DNA of 64,000 nucleotides from Camelus dromedarius (Eukaryota): assembly GCF_036321535.1 (NCBI RefSeq), contig NC_087436.1, positions 99,698,001-99,762,000 on the forward strand, written 5' to 3'. The notes under the pieces were generated by a model. It searched no databases and was not told the origin of the DNA. It was given only the letters and a program-made list of their open reading frames with translations. This document shows, piece by piece, positions 36,166-50,206 of the stretch (position 1 is the first letter of the stretch; every line of letters starts with the position of its first letter). A program made the position numbers and the translations under genes.

Positions 36166-36699
36166 AAGGTTCCTTATATTTTGCAGTGATTTAAGTGATA
36201 GTAAACATCATGCTTTATTCTTCTTTAATAGCATTTCTGTTAATTATCAGCATTGACAAGATACTGTATTCTTTGCCCATTTTCTTTTTAACCTAGGCAT
36301 TGTAAAGCTTAAATAACTGCTTTTTTTTTTTTTTTAACTAGTCAAATAAATGCATTTTTTAACCCACAATGGAGAGTAAATACTTGTCCCTGGTATTACT
36401 GTGGTGCCCAATAAACAGAATAAAATCTGTTCTCCCTTATCAACTCCACTTATAAAGTAAGGCTTTTTGTGAGGATGTAAGAGCTAGTACACTTTTTTTT
36501 AAGGTATTGTTGGCTAAATATCAAAGTATGAGGAAATTTCCATTACATTTAATCTGTAATTGTTTCATTCAAGGGTTATAACCTATCAACGTCTAAATTT
36601 CTTTGTTTGAATCCATGTCTAAGATCTGAACTCAGACAGAGATGTGAATAACTATGTTTAGATGTTGATCAGCTGTGTGTGTATGTTTATATATATATA

Positions 36700-37720
36700 C
36701 TTTTATTTTTATTAATATTTGAGTAGGTTTTATATTTACATAATTCAAATTCAAAATGAGTATTAAAATGTAATCAGTGAAGAGTAGAGTTTCCCTCCCT
36801 CCCCGGATGCCCAACCTACAATTTGAACTCAATGACAATTGAAGTGTAATCATTGTGGAACTCTGTCTTCCTTCCACTTACATCTCGTAATTATTACTAA
36901 TTATCCATAATATGTCTCTTTACAAGCATTTAGATCATAAATATATATTATTTTTAAAGAAAAATAATATTTCTTATACACTCTTTTTCATCTTGCTTTT
37001 GAAATTAATAATACATAGGAAATTCTTCCATATCAATACATAGGAACCTTTTTTAGTTTTTAAGATGATTGTATTCCATTGTATCTATATGCCATCATTT
37101 ATAGAACCCATTCCTATTGCTAAATTTTTGCCATTACCAAAGGAAAAAAAAATAATTAAATAAAAAATAAAGACTCACCTAGTAAATGCATCAGTTTACA
37201 AATATCTGATATATCTACTGGATAAATACTTAGAAGTACAATTGTTAGACATTCCCAGTTGCCGTCCACAGGGTTTTGTGCCGATTTATTTTTGATTCAG
37301 CAGTCAAATTGCCTACTTTTCCATAGTGTGGCCTATAAAATGTAATCAAGTTTTTAGCATTTTCTAAGACGAATCAAATATATATGTATATGTATATACT
37401 AAATATATATAATATAATCTTAGTCTAAATCTTAACTCATATATATAAATAAACTGAAAACTTGGCAGATTAAAATCATATAATGAGTGAAACTGAGCAC
37501 TTTCCATGTTTGAGGGCTACTTGTTTTTCATTTTTTGTGAAATGGATTGTTTATAGAATTTGCTGATTATTCTACTGAGTAGTAAGTCCTTTGCTTATTT
37601 GCTTTGTAGATATGTTTTAGTTATAAAAGTAATTAATATATATCTGTGATGTGTGCTTCAAACCTATTTTTCTAATTGTTTCTTGCCTTTGATTTTGCTC
37701 ATTGTATTTCTTTGAGCTTA
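36700..37720 (-). mobile_element. Old L1ME 3' region
   Basis: ttccatatcaatacatag, gtattccattgtatctatatgccat, actgagcactttccatgttt. Confidence 0.72.
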
Positions 37721-37837
37721 AAGTAGTTCCCTCCCCATTCCCCATTACATAGTCTACTTTACTAACCTTTCCCTTTTTTTAGCATGTATGTGTTTCAAGG
37801 GTGAGTATTATAATTATAAACGATTTTTTTCTGTAGA

Positions 37838-38030
37838 CATCATGTGGGATAAATCTAGTCCACTGCCTGTTTTTATAAGTAAACTTTTATTGGAACACAA
37901 CTGTACATATTGGAATACGCATTATTATGCTACACTGGCAGGGCTGAGTAGTTGCAGTAGAAACCTTATCTTGCAAAGCTGAAAATATTTACTACCTGGC
38001 CCTCTCAGGAAAAATTTTTACAAGTCCCTC
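37838..38030 (+). mobile_element. MER58A hAT MITE
   Basis: cactgcctgtttttataagtaaacttttattggaacaca...gctgaaaatatttactacctggccct. Confidence 0.85.
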
Positions 38031-39507
38031 ATTTTTACCCTTCTATGAAGTACATGTTATCTTTATCCATATATTGCAAACATAAAACCTCAGACTGAAT
38101 GAGGCTAAGAAACATTTATTGTCTAAAAATGCATTGTATCCTCAGAGCACGAATGTACTCCATGAGACATAACAAAACTCAAACCTGGCCACGTAAGAGA
38201 AACATACAATGAAGCAGGCTTTGTGAAATGCACACAGTTTTTTGTGCAAGTGTACAAGCAATTTGAAAATTATGGATGTCTTTATGGGCATTTCTGCATG
38301 TCCCAAAGACACCTAAAAGTCCACATGTATCATTCACAAAGAAATGTTATAGTACCTACTATAACTAAAGCATGTCAAAAAATCTCAAAGCCATAACCTG
38401 TGGCCTGACAATGTATATATCAGTAATATGACTTTAATAATGGAATGGAGAATGGAAAGATTTGAGTTTTTATACACAATGCATAAAGATTTACAACAAA
38501 AATGCTGTTTGATAAATTCTTAGTGGTTGACTTTCATTATTTTCTGTGAAATGTATTTTGCAGTAGAAAACCCTTTCTGACCTTCCTAGAAAAACATAAC
38601 AAAATGGATGAAACAAACAACTATGAAAACTATTATTTATCCTTATAGTCTGAATTACTGATAGCCTCTAAGTAGCTGCAAATCAAAATGTGACTGAGAA
38701 TTCCCAATCTGTTAAATATTTCCCAGAATCCATATAACTGAGCATGAGAATCAAATAGTACCCATTATTCAATATTTCTGTTGAATTGGAAAGTAAGTAT
38801 TTTCTAATATATACAGTTTGGCTACACTTAGCCTGACTAGTTTGTGTTTTCATCTTCCTTAATGAATTGAAACCTTTATTTTCAACAAACTTAAGTAGAA
38901 AAATATTAATGCTCATTGGGCAACATTAAAATAAGACCATTTTGTAACAGTTGTTGGTTTTTGATTGCCAGGTTCCAAATTTTTTATGCCGAAGATGAAT
39001 ATCTGTATATTGTAGCAAGAAGCAACTTTAAGATGGAAATATAAATCAAAAGCACCTCTGCTATATCGTGGCCTTTGTACATTTGACAATGTTGAAGTTG
39101 ATTATTATTTTTTTTCTCAGCTTATCACATTAGCTTCATTAATGATGGAGAAATTATAAACTATAAAGCTCTGAATAATAATATGGACATGACATTCCAA
39201 AAGGATTTGGCACAACTCAGAAATCACTTGCATTGAAACAGATTAAAATTGAATGATGTATTGCTTATATCTGCCAAGTATTCTACAAATATGTTAAGTA
39301 GGAAAAAACAAATGTAGTGATTTGGTTTTTGTTAGGGATGTAGTAATCCCCACGTATTTTTCTCTTATTTCAATTTTGCCCCACGTTTCTAGAAAATGTT
39401 ACCAAATATCTGAGTAATTTCCAAGATAAAAAAAATGTTCCTTTTAAAATCAAATATATGTTGCCTTTGTGGGTGTTTGTGTGTGTATATATATGTATGC
39501 ATGTGTG

Positions 39508-40500
39508 TTTTTGCCTTTCAGCATGCCTTGTAATTTTTTGTTGAAAGCTGGGCGTGATGTGTTAGGTGATAGGAACTGCGATAAATGGTCTTTTAATGTG
39601 AAGTTTTATGTTTATCTTGCTAGGAGTTAGTCTGTGTTTACCGCTTGCTGTAACTGTAGGTTTCACTAGCATCTCTTTCCTTCAAAGTCCTTATTTGTCT
39701 CCCTGTTGTCTTAATCTTCCCTGGGCTTCTTCTTAGGTAGAGTCTGAGCCTTGAAAAACCTTCAACTGTATCCTCTGTTATTATACAGGAGTCCTGTTGA
39801 TGTATTGCTAAATGTTGAGGGAGGGCAAGTAGTCAGTAAACTGTGATTAGGTTCCAGTCCCTTAACTGATATATGCTCTGTTCTGTGACCTTTGCAAGTG
39901 TTTCTTAGCTTCCTTTCCCTCAGTCAAGACAGGAAGGCTGCAGGGGCTGGAGTTGGTTAGTTTCCCTCTCCCCAAACCAGAGCCTGATCCAAAACACAAG
40001 ATCAGGCTCTGGTGAAGGACTTTCTAAATAGGACTTTGTTGAGGTGAACATTTTGGGCTTATTTCAAAATGGTTAACTTTCCCGTGGGTATATTTCAGAA
40101 TGATTACTTTTCCCCTTTCCCTGGCCAAACAAAAGGGGATTTTTCTTTGATCTTCATTGGGATAAGTTGGTGGGGTTCTTAGAGGTAAAACCACCGAGTA
40201 TGGGGTGCCTCCTTAGCCTGGGCAACCAGGAGTGTGTAACTCTCAAGCTAGCCCACATTCAGCTTTCAGCTATTCTTTGAAGTTACCATTCAGAGGCTCC
40301 AGTGACTCCTGCTTCAGATAAGCTGATCTGTATTCCCTGAAGTCACCCCTCTCTCGGGTTTTCAGAGTGGCAACTTGTCCTGTGACCTCAATACTCTGAT
40401 AGATCTAAGTTGTATTTCAATTTGTCCAGTTTTTCTTTTTCGTGTGAGAGTAGAAATAATGATTTGCAAACTCTTTACATTCTGGTAGAAAAACTGGAAT
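39508..40500 (-). mobile_element. Old L1 (L1MC/L1MD type) 5' region
   Basis: gcatgccttgtaattttttgttgaaagctgg...ctctttacattctggtagaaaaactggaa resembles old L1 5' ends in antisense. Confidence 0.65.
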
Positions 40501-42978
40501 TCAACATTGATGTTTATAAATAACTAAATGATTACTTAAAAATTAAATTAAAATGATTACTTAAAAATTCAGGGTGAAATATGTATTTCAGCAAGGTATG
40601 TCAAGAGTGTTCTCAGAATTTAGTATCTCTTGGAATCCTTCTCCTTATCCTGAGGGTACCTATAACCAGGACTTTCAGAGTTAAATTTAAGTGAATATGA
40701 TAATATATAACAATTATTGAAATATTTCATATTTACCAATTAATAGAGACCACTTTAGAGCAAGAGGCAATTTCCAGGTTAGTTCTAAAAACCTACTTTT
40801 TAATCCTTGAGTTTTATATATGAATTTTGGGTTTATATTGACTTTTCAGAAAAGAGGAAAAGGAATGTGCTGAATATAAGAGAAGATATTGTAATTTCTA
40901 CTGAAAATCTGAAAGTATCCCCCAAAGCAGTGATAGTAAAACTTCTATGTTTGGTGATTTTAAAAAATATATGATTATAGTAAATACTAAAACTTTGCTC
41001 TGCTTAGGATTATTTTATTCCACAGTGTAGAAATATCTAGTTAATACCACACAAAGAGAAATTCCTTCCTGCATACCAGAATGTTCCATGGGCCAGGAGA
41101 AAAAATGAATATAATGTTGCTTACCATACAAAATACCAATTAGAGCTCACAGGCATCTTACCTTAAAATTCAAACTCATGAATTTGCCTTAAGAGTTCAG
41201 AATTAATGAGGCCTTGTCAGACATTATTAACCACTTTTATAAATTATTTCCTGTGAAAAAATTGAATATTTCTGACATACTGAGTAACTAGCTAGTAAAT
41301 TATTTCAGTTAACTGTGATCTCAGACTAGGTTGTAATATATATGTGATGCTGTAAAATCCACTGTGGTGTCTACTCTTAAATAATCTTCTGTTTTGTTAA
41401 TAATTAAAGTTTTGTACTAAAACTATGAATTTTAGCTTCCACATCTAATATTAAAAAATAAAAATATTGCTGTATTTCTTGTAAGTATATCCTTATTAGG
41501 AAATTTGCATTTACTTGGCAAAGATAACTGACTATAGTCCTTAATAGTTAGAAGATTCAGTTTTCTTGTAAGAATAACAAAAGTCAGGAAATGTTTATTT
41601 AATCTTTTAATGAATAAAAACCAATAGACTTAACAAAGGCATTTTGAAACCACAGTGATTCTAAAACAAAAAGATGAAAACATAGAATAATGATCTCATT
41701 CCTAATGTTAATGCTTTCTAGTAACATTTCAATATATGTTAAGGTCTATTCTCAAAAGTAAATTATTACATTTTAAAAAAGAGATTTTGCTTTGTATTAC
41801 AGAACACAGAGAAATGAATATTAATTTGTAGACAATTAAATTTTGATTATAAATTATTAGTGTCAACAAACATATTTTAAACAGATTCAAAGAATCAAAG
41901 CAGTATATTCATTTTCTTTTCTTTCTTTCTTTCTTTCTTTCCCTGTAAGTTGCAGAAATAGGGTCAAGAAGAATATATAAGAAATTTAGATTTTTAACAT
42001 TCTGTTTATATATGGTTAATACAACACCTTATTTCAAATTTCCATTTAGAATTTTCTCTGATATGCATTTGATTCTAGGTCAAATGATGTCTTCATTCTC
42101 TTGAATTTCCACCAGATATTAAGTAACAGAACAGACAGAAACTCTTAGGAAGGTGTTTAAACAAAGATTAAAGTCACAGCTAAGTCAGATAAACAAAGGA
42201 AAAAAAAAACCTTCTGAAATCAACCTTAAAGGTACAAGATCCACAATGCAAGAAGTATGTCAGTTTTGCTGAAAAAATAGCAAGAAAGGCAAATAGAAAA
42301 AAATCATTTGGTCAAATCATAAAATATTCAGACTATGAAGATTCTCTGTTAACCTTACTCTGTTTTAAAAATAATTTGGTGTGCAGTTATTAAACATGGT
42401 TGATTCTGATGTCAAATTGCACAGAAAGCAATATTTTAGCATTCATTAAGGCAGTATTTCTTGAAAGGCAAATAAAGGTATGAGACCTTTTTCCAATATT
42501 GTCTTGATATCCTTTAACTCAGAATATAGATATGGAAATCTGGTCTAACATAACTTCATGAGTTTATGAAGAGAATTAAATATTAGTAAACATGTAAAAG
42601 GATTTAACACTGAGTTTTGATAATAGTAGTATTCTCAATGGTGATAACTGCTCTATATTATGGTAAGACCATCCAAAACAAATCCAGAAATGAAATTCAC
42701 AGACATGTGAAGAAAATTCTGAAATGTAAGTTCTCATCATCTGATGTAAAAGAAAAAATACTGGAGAGTTAATTCACTTTGTTTCTATATCTGAGCCTTA
42801 AAGCGTAAACTATGTTGTCTTCCGTGTTAGATATTCTTTCCAGAAAGACAAGATATAATTTTACTAATTATTATTCAAGATAATCTGAATTAGTTTGATA
42901 ACATCAATTCTAGAAACTGTTCAACATAAAGAGTTCAGTATCCTTCTTTTTGAAAAAAAATTCATTAAATTTTTTTAA

Positions 42979-43414
42979 AGTGATGATTAACTTTACGTGT
43001 CATCTTGTGCATGCCGTTGTCATGGTACCCAACTTTTTGTCAAATATCAGTCTGGATGCTGTTGTGAAGGTATGTTTTAGATGTAATTAACGTTTAAGAC
43101 TTCAGGTAAAACATGTTACTTCCTGGGCCTCATTCGGTCCGTTAAAGGCCCTAAGAAAAATGACTGAGATCACCTAAAGAAGAAAGATGTCTGCCTCCAG
43201 ACCTACTTCGAACTCAAACATCAGCTCTTATTTGCATTTCAAACCTGCTAGCCTGCCTTACAGAGTTTGAACTTGGTAGCCCCCACAATATTGTGAGCTA
43301 ATTTCTTAAAATGTCTCTCTCAAAAGATATAAATATATAGATAGATACATATGTACGTAGATACATAGATAGATCCTGCTAATTATGTTTCACTGGAGAA
43401 CACCAACTAATAAA
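42979..43414 (+). mobile_element. MLT2 (ERVL) solo LTR
   Basis: gtgatgattaactttacgtgtca...ctggagaacaccaactaata. Confidence 0.85.
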
Positions 43415-43419
43415 GTAAG

Positions 43420-44460
43420 CTTTCTCAGTCTTTTTTTTAAGCTGAAAATAAAATATTTATTCCTTCCTCAATCTTTCATGGTGGTATTGAAGGTAGAGAA
43501 TTGTAGGCTGCTGTTTTTAACTCCAACTTTTCCAACTCTGTAGCTCTTTACCTTTATGTCCACTCTGTAACATTCTTAAGGTATTCATCTCAATGTAGAC
43601 TCTACAATGGGTAATGAAAAATTCTGTTTATTTGCCACCATTTTTTATGAGTTTATTTTCATTTTCCTCCCTTAATTAGCCTTGTTTTCTGCTTTCATAG
43701 GATGTATCTTGCCAGATGGTTATAGATTTGTTTTTATTTATCTCTTCTTGAGATTTTGTATCTTCAAAATGCAAACTCATTTTTATGTATAATTCTGAAA
43801 AATTATCAAGTATTATCATTCTTTTGAATATTGCTTCTCCTAATCTTTTTCTTCTTAAACATCAATTAGTGGACATTATCATACTCTCCTCTGTATTTTC
43901 TCATGCCTTTCAGGCACTAACTTATATTTTTTTAATTGAAATAATTTTTTGCCTTCCAGTTTTCTTGAGATATAGTTGACATAAAATATATAAGTTTAAG
44001 GTATACAGCATAATGATTTGACTTACATATTCCATTAAATAATTACCATAATAAGTTTATTAAACATCCATAATCTCAAATTCTCTCATATTTTTAATCC
44101 TTCTGACCTCTGGGCAACATTTTCTCTTGCAGATCTGTCCAGTTCATTGATTTTTCTCTTCATCTGTGTCTTATTTAATTTTAGCTGATGTAGTGAATTT
44201 TACTTCTATAACTAATATTTTCAGAAATAATTTTTAATATGTGAGTCTACTGAAATGCTGACATTTTTTCTAAGTGTATTTTCTCTTCTTACTTTGTCTT
44301 TTAAGAATTAGAATACATTAATGTTATATTGTTCAAATATCATGTCTAATTGAGAAGCTGATTCCTCTTAATTTCTTTCTGTCTTTCTCTTTATAACTGA
44401 CATTCCCTTCATATTCGTTATTTCTTTGTATATATTGTAATTTTAAGTTTTGAGATCTTC
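43420..44460 (-). mobile_element. Old L1/HAL1 ORF1-region fragment containing a short L1MA-type 3' tail (about 43945-44078)
   Basis: T-rich degenerate L1 antisense (tttgaatattgcttctcc). The insert reads gagatatagttgacataaaat...gtttaaggtatacagcataatgatttga. Confidence 0.6.
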
Positions 44461-45988
44461 ATTGTGGAGAAGTCATTTTCTGAACTGAAGTCATATCTCC
44501 TGCTCTGAGAAAGTGTATCAAACAGCAATTTCATGTTTGCTTTTCCTACAGCTCCAGCAATTCCAATAGTCCTGGAATAATTCATGTGGTATTTTTTTAA
44601 ATTAGTTTCTGTAACAATTTCTGTAATTGGAAGGCATGTACATCTGGAGTTCAGTTTCTCCCAAGTAAGCTTTCGTTAGTATTGTGTTGAGGGATTTTAT
44701 TATTTATAATTGACTTTTATTCTTATTTCTATGTCTGCAGGAAGAGAGATGGCTTTCTTGTTTGTTTACTATATTGGTGGTTGTGGTATTTATAGTTTGT
44801 TTTGATTTGAGGTTTGGATTTTTGTTTTGTTTTGTTTCAGTTCAAGATTTGAGTAGCATTTTTGAGCTATGGGATTTACATCAGTACTGAATTCCAGATC
44901 CCAAATTGCCTAGACAAGGACCATGACTGTTAGAAACTTTACTAAAGTACTCTTTGCTATTATCTACCTGGGTATTACATTTTTGTACAACTCCTATGAC
45001 CTACTGGGTTTTGATTTTGAGTTTCTATTTCATACGTAATTAATAGGGACTTTCCATGTCTTTATTTTAGTACTGGACATGAGTCTAAAAGATTCTTTTA
45101 TATTTCTCCATCATTCTGTTATGTTTAGTTGAGATTATGGAATCTCCTTAATTCACTATGTTATTGGAAGTTGAGTTTAAGCTATATATTTTATGATCTA
45201 TTATACATTCTGAGGGATCAGAATAATTCTGACATGTCATTCTCATATATTGAATACTCATACTGTGTATACGTGAAGGAATTGATTTGCCTTTTTCTCT
45301 AATTTAGTGATAATCTCGTGACATTTGTATGTATCAGGCATACTACTATTTTGTTGCTTCACTTGGTACACATTAAATCTGTATTTTCCCTTGACCAAGT
45401 TCCCAATGTTTTCAGACTATCACACGTCAAAAATGTTATATTTGCTGTAAATAAGAGAGAATAGAAGAATAAGAATAGAAACTGTTTCATGCAGCTTTCC
45501 ATCTACAGCACCTACTGTAATGCTGGGCACAGATGGTCACTGTTCAATATAATTGTAAGTGAATAACAGAAGGTCAGGTTACCTCAGGGCTTACTGAAAG
45601 TTCTATAATTGACTACAGAATGAGGTTAGATTTTTAAGCATCTAGAAGTTCTCTACAGATTTTCATGGTCCTCCTGAAATTAGGGGAAAAAAGTTGTAAT
45701 GTATTCAATAGGATCAGCATTTTTTGACTTCAAGTTGTAGGACATTGTGCCATTCTAGTTTAATTGGAAAAGAACAATTTTAGCATGTATATTTTACTTA
45801 GTTTTTTTGTACTCCAGAAAGAAAACAAAAATGTCTTAAAATGTTTCTATCCAAGTATAATGACAACAAAACAACTGTAGTAACTCAGGGCCTATTTAAT
45901 TAAAAAATACATATAATCATATACTTTTTCTAGCCTGAAAAATGAAGTCATGATACTGTTTGATACAGCTTTTATTATTATTTAGATA

Positions 45989-46496
45989 TGATAAAGTCAA
46001 AGTATCAGGAGACTATTGTTATTGAAAAGACAGTTCTGTTCACAGATCCCAAGAGTAGGGGGCACCGCACACCTCTAGGAGAATAACATAGGGAAGCACT
46101 GGGCCCAGTCAGAAGTAAAAGGGAGGGAAGCCAACTGTGGGAAGAGCCTATATTGTGCTGTAGGAATGAATGAGGCAGGGTAAGCAGGTTTAGGATTGAC
46201 TAATTTGAATTTCAGTGGGTTCTGGGTGAAGGTACTGTCCTCTGGTTAGCTCCAGGATGATTAGGGCAGGTAGATTATGGCTCAGACTCTAAGAGCCTGT
46301 TAAAGGAGGTGGTTGGGCATAGAGGTGCTTGGTCATAGAGGCTCAGGGCTGGGTGGTTAGCATTTGGTAAGTGCTTTCATGGGTGAATTGTTTACTATCT
46401 CCAGAAACTGGATCGCCTTGGTAGGGTCCATCTAGGGTCTGCAAGACCCCAAATGTTGAAGTATCAATCTGAGAAATAAAAGACCTGGTAAATACA
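45989..46496 (-). mobile_element. MER76-like ERVL solo LTR
   Basis: cacagatcccaagag...ggcagggtaagcaggtttaggattg...gtttactatctc...aataca, flanked by GATA on both sides. Confidence 0.78.
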
Positions 46497-48236
46497 GATA
46501 CATTCTAGAATGTAGACACATCTTCTTTCCAAATGAAGTAATTTATGTTCTTGAAATAAAATATTACAATTCATGTTCTGCCTCATTTCAAGCAATCAGT
46601 TGGGTTTAATGAGTCCTGCCCCTGGATGATAGCTGTTTTCTCATATGTTACTAACAAATGTAGCAACAAACATTTCCAAGTGTTTGCATTAAGTCAAATG
46701 TCTTAGTAAGGTTAATGAATACAGTGTAAATGTATGTTCTGCATGTAGTAAAAATCAATAAACTGTGCTACATTGCTGCCTTAAGTCACAATAAAATTCC
46801 AGGAGTCCAGTGTTGAAAATAACACATTTAAAATAATATTGAATATAATTTGGCTATGGTAAAAAAAAAAAGCAATAACAAACAACAACCACAAAAAGAC
46901 AGTTAGATAGGATTTAACTTCAGGAAGAAATATTATTCAGATAATGAGTTTAATTTCCTCAAAATACTAGGGAATTCTCTACCTAGATCCCAACCCCTCA
47001 TAATAAGATCTAAAATTATTGACATTCTTAATCTTTTTTCCCTAACATCTCAAGAGAAAGAAAACATAGATTATGTAATTCTATAAAATATAGGTAAGGT
47101 ATATGTTTTATCTGTACTGAGTCTCCCCTCAACCTGACACAATTTCCCTGTTACTAGATTTATAGATACCCTTTTTTAGGCCACTCTTCTAAACCATATT
47201 TTCCTCATTCTTCTCATGTTCCCAAAGGATATAGGACCATTTCGTGGGTCCTTTGTTTTCTTTTGTAAAAATTTATATTTAATTTTATTATGTTTTTTTC
47301 TTTAAGATATAATGATTAATTCTTTGAAATCAATGGCACCTTCTTAGTGTTTCCTACATTATAGTGTGATGTTGCAAAATAAAACTGTAGAACAGCTACT
47401 TTAAAATATTGACACAAAATACCGAGACTTAGAAGCAAAAATGTATCATTTTTAATATTTTACCCATGATATTAAATAATTTTATAAAGATAATTAAATT
47501 ATTTGGTCCTTAAAGGCAAATAATTATCCAATATTTATGTATGGACTTCATGATGTATAGTATTATTGACTGATAGATGCATATTTATGATACCTTTTAT
47601 TCAATTTTCTTAGAGTTAAGAAAATGGACTAGATACTTTTAGCCATCTCTTCCAACTAAATAAATATTATTTAATAGCTAATTATAACCAACTTTATAAA
47701 TATCAGTAAGATTTTGTGGACTATTTACTTTATTGACATTCACCCACCCACACTGCTTCTTCTATATGTGTATTTTACCATAGAGGCCGTACCACTTCTG
47801 TATGTCCTCCTGATTAAGTGGCAATCATTTGGTTTTCCACTGATGAATACTCAGATGTTAATTAACAATCTTCTCATATATAAAGTGATGTAAATAAATC
47901 CCACAGTATATTGTCACTTTTATGTTTATTTTTTAAATTCTCTTTTCTTTAAAGAGAAATAAATATTTAAAATATAATCAAATAATTAAAAATTGCCCGT
48001 ATAAATAAATATAAATATAATGGGTAATTAGCATACAACAAATCACAAAATTGAAAAAGAATGTTCAGTTCTTATTTTAGTTTGATGTATGGTTTCCTAT
48101 TTTTAGTTCCTACAGCTAAAGAGGAATATTTTATAAAGCTTGAAAATTTAGAGAAATATTTGAGTGAATTGGAATAAACTGTATTTTGGTCTTCTATAGC
48201 ATTTGCAGTTTATACAATGATAGCTGAAACTTGTTT

Positions 48237-48462
48237 GGTAAGAGAAAGAGAGGCTCCTGGTGTTCAGACAAACCTGGGATCATTTGTTGCAGAGTGTCAG
48301 CTAAGTACTTCAGTTTTTTAAGCCTGTTTTTCCCATCAATTTTCGAATTGTCACAAAGAAATAATAAACATACTTCTCAAGGTTGTTATAAGAAAGATAT
48401 GAGGTCAACTAAATACTTGACACTCAATATATGGTATCTAATGTGTGTGTGTGTGTGTGTGT
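48237..48462 (+). mobile_element. MIR fragment followed by (TG)n
   Basis: agcctgtttttcccatc...tacttctcaaggttgttataag; (TG)n at 48442-48462. Confidence 0.6.
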
Positions 48463-50059
48463 ATCAGAGTCTTCACAGCCCTGAAAGGAGTTAAGTCATA
48501 TACCTTGGACATTATTTCCTGGCTATTCCAGTGATTGATGTTGTGTCACCTTTTACTTCCTTGGCTTAAACCCTACCTTCTCAGAGATGGCTTCCCTAAG
48601 CTTTCATACGTCAATAATTTTCAGTAACTTCCTTATTACTTTATTTTCATATAATTCCCTTACAGAGCATATTGCTAGATGGCAGCATGTGGCTTATTTG
48701 CATTTCATTAAACTGCCCACCCTCTCCTGAAGTGAAGAGTTTATTTTGCCTTATTCACCCAATAAATATTTCTTGAGGCGGTGGATAAAAGAAGGAATGG
48801 TGTTGTCCTCATTTTAAAATGAGACATGAGGATGTTGCTAGATTTCCCAATGTTCCATGATGAACAGGTGAAAGCTAATCTAGTGAAATAAATTTACCAT
48901 ATCGTACTGTCTTTCTTTTAAAGCAGATGTCCCATGATACATTTCTTTTTAAACTCCCCTTAAAGCTATGCACCAAGTACTTTTTAGCTCATTCAATATT
49001 TGTGAACTGATCGTTTCAACATTAGGCCATTAAAGGTTGATGACAGTACAACAGAAAGGCTTCGGCATCATTTGAAGTGCTCTGAAATTTCGTCTTTTGA
49101 GAAGCTGTATTCTGTTTGAGAACTGAATTTTCAGTAAGGATTTCTGTGCAACCTAAGAATATCAAGAATGAAGGAATCTCTAAGGGCAGAGGAATCTTTA
49201 GCTTGAACTTGCACCCAGAGGAAGAACCGCTTATCTATATATTCAAACATTTAAGAGCTCTGATTTTTTTCCCACCAAAATGGAATAAAAAGTATCTTTT
49301 GTTCACCTTCTCCAGAATTCAGTTATTTGTTTGAGTCCAGACAGGGAATTTCTTTGTATTTTTTGATTCAAACCTTTTTAGGCCTCATTTTGGAAAACCT
49401 TAGGTAGCAAAGGGCAACTCTAACTAAAGTAAATGTTGCTATAATTTATCATATTTTGTCATGTAAAATATTCTTCTGAGATCTTTTCAGTATTGACATT
49501 AAGAATCAGCATGGGAAAGAAAAAATAGCCAACATATTGACAAAATAAACAAAACAAAATCTCAGAGCTTCATAAGTGGCCTTGAACTTCAGTGTATTCT
49601 GTCTTCAGTGTGACACACATTCTAATGTAACTTGGTAATCATGTGGCTTACAATTTCTAATGCATGTTATAGAATGATATTCTCTGACATCACTTCATTT
49701 TTGTGTTTTTAATTAATTGTCACAATTAGCAAATTCTCTTCAAATACCACAACTTGTTAGGCATAGTGATGAAAAATAAAAAGGAACATGCATTCAGCAT
49801 CATTCAAGAGTCCACAAATCACCTACATTTACAATCTTATTCTTAATTTTATTCACCACTTAATTGACCAAAACACTGAATCTTGACTTTTCCCTGCATT
49901 ATTTTGTCACTCATTTTGAAGCCTCTTATTTGACCCCCAAACTTCTTTCTTTGCAAAACAAGTAAAAGAAATACTCCCAAATGTTTGTTATAATTTCTGC
50001 TCACCAGGATGACTTTGTGCAGGTTGGCACAAGTATGATATATTATGAAGAGAATTAGA

Positions 50060-50206
50060 GCAGCATTTTTCAAATGTTACATCACATGAGAAATATACTC
50101 AAGGAAGAGTTTGATTCTGTATGTCTGGAATGTAAGATTCTACATTTCTAATAAATTCCCTGATACCATGCTATTGATCCAAGGACAATACTTTGAGAAA
50201 CAAGGC
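50060..50206. mobile_element. MER5-type hAT MITE
   Basis: cagcatttttcaaa...tctacatttctaataaattccc...atactttgagaaac. Confidence 0.65.

Noticed and set aside
40526..40569. 19-bp direct repeat aaatgattacttaaaaatt x2 (similar small duplications near 8780 and 50630)
   Set aside because: Ordinary slippage duplications with two units only; not CRISPR-like arrays.
48672..48687. CTCF-like motifs (TTGCTAGATGGCAGCA here; also 25994-26010 on the minus strand)
   Set aside because: Both mismatch key C positions and one lies in L2-derived sequence; not supportable without ChIP data.
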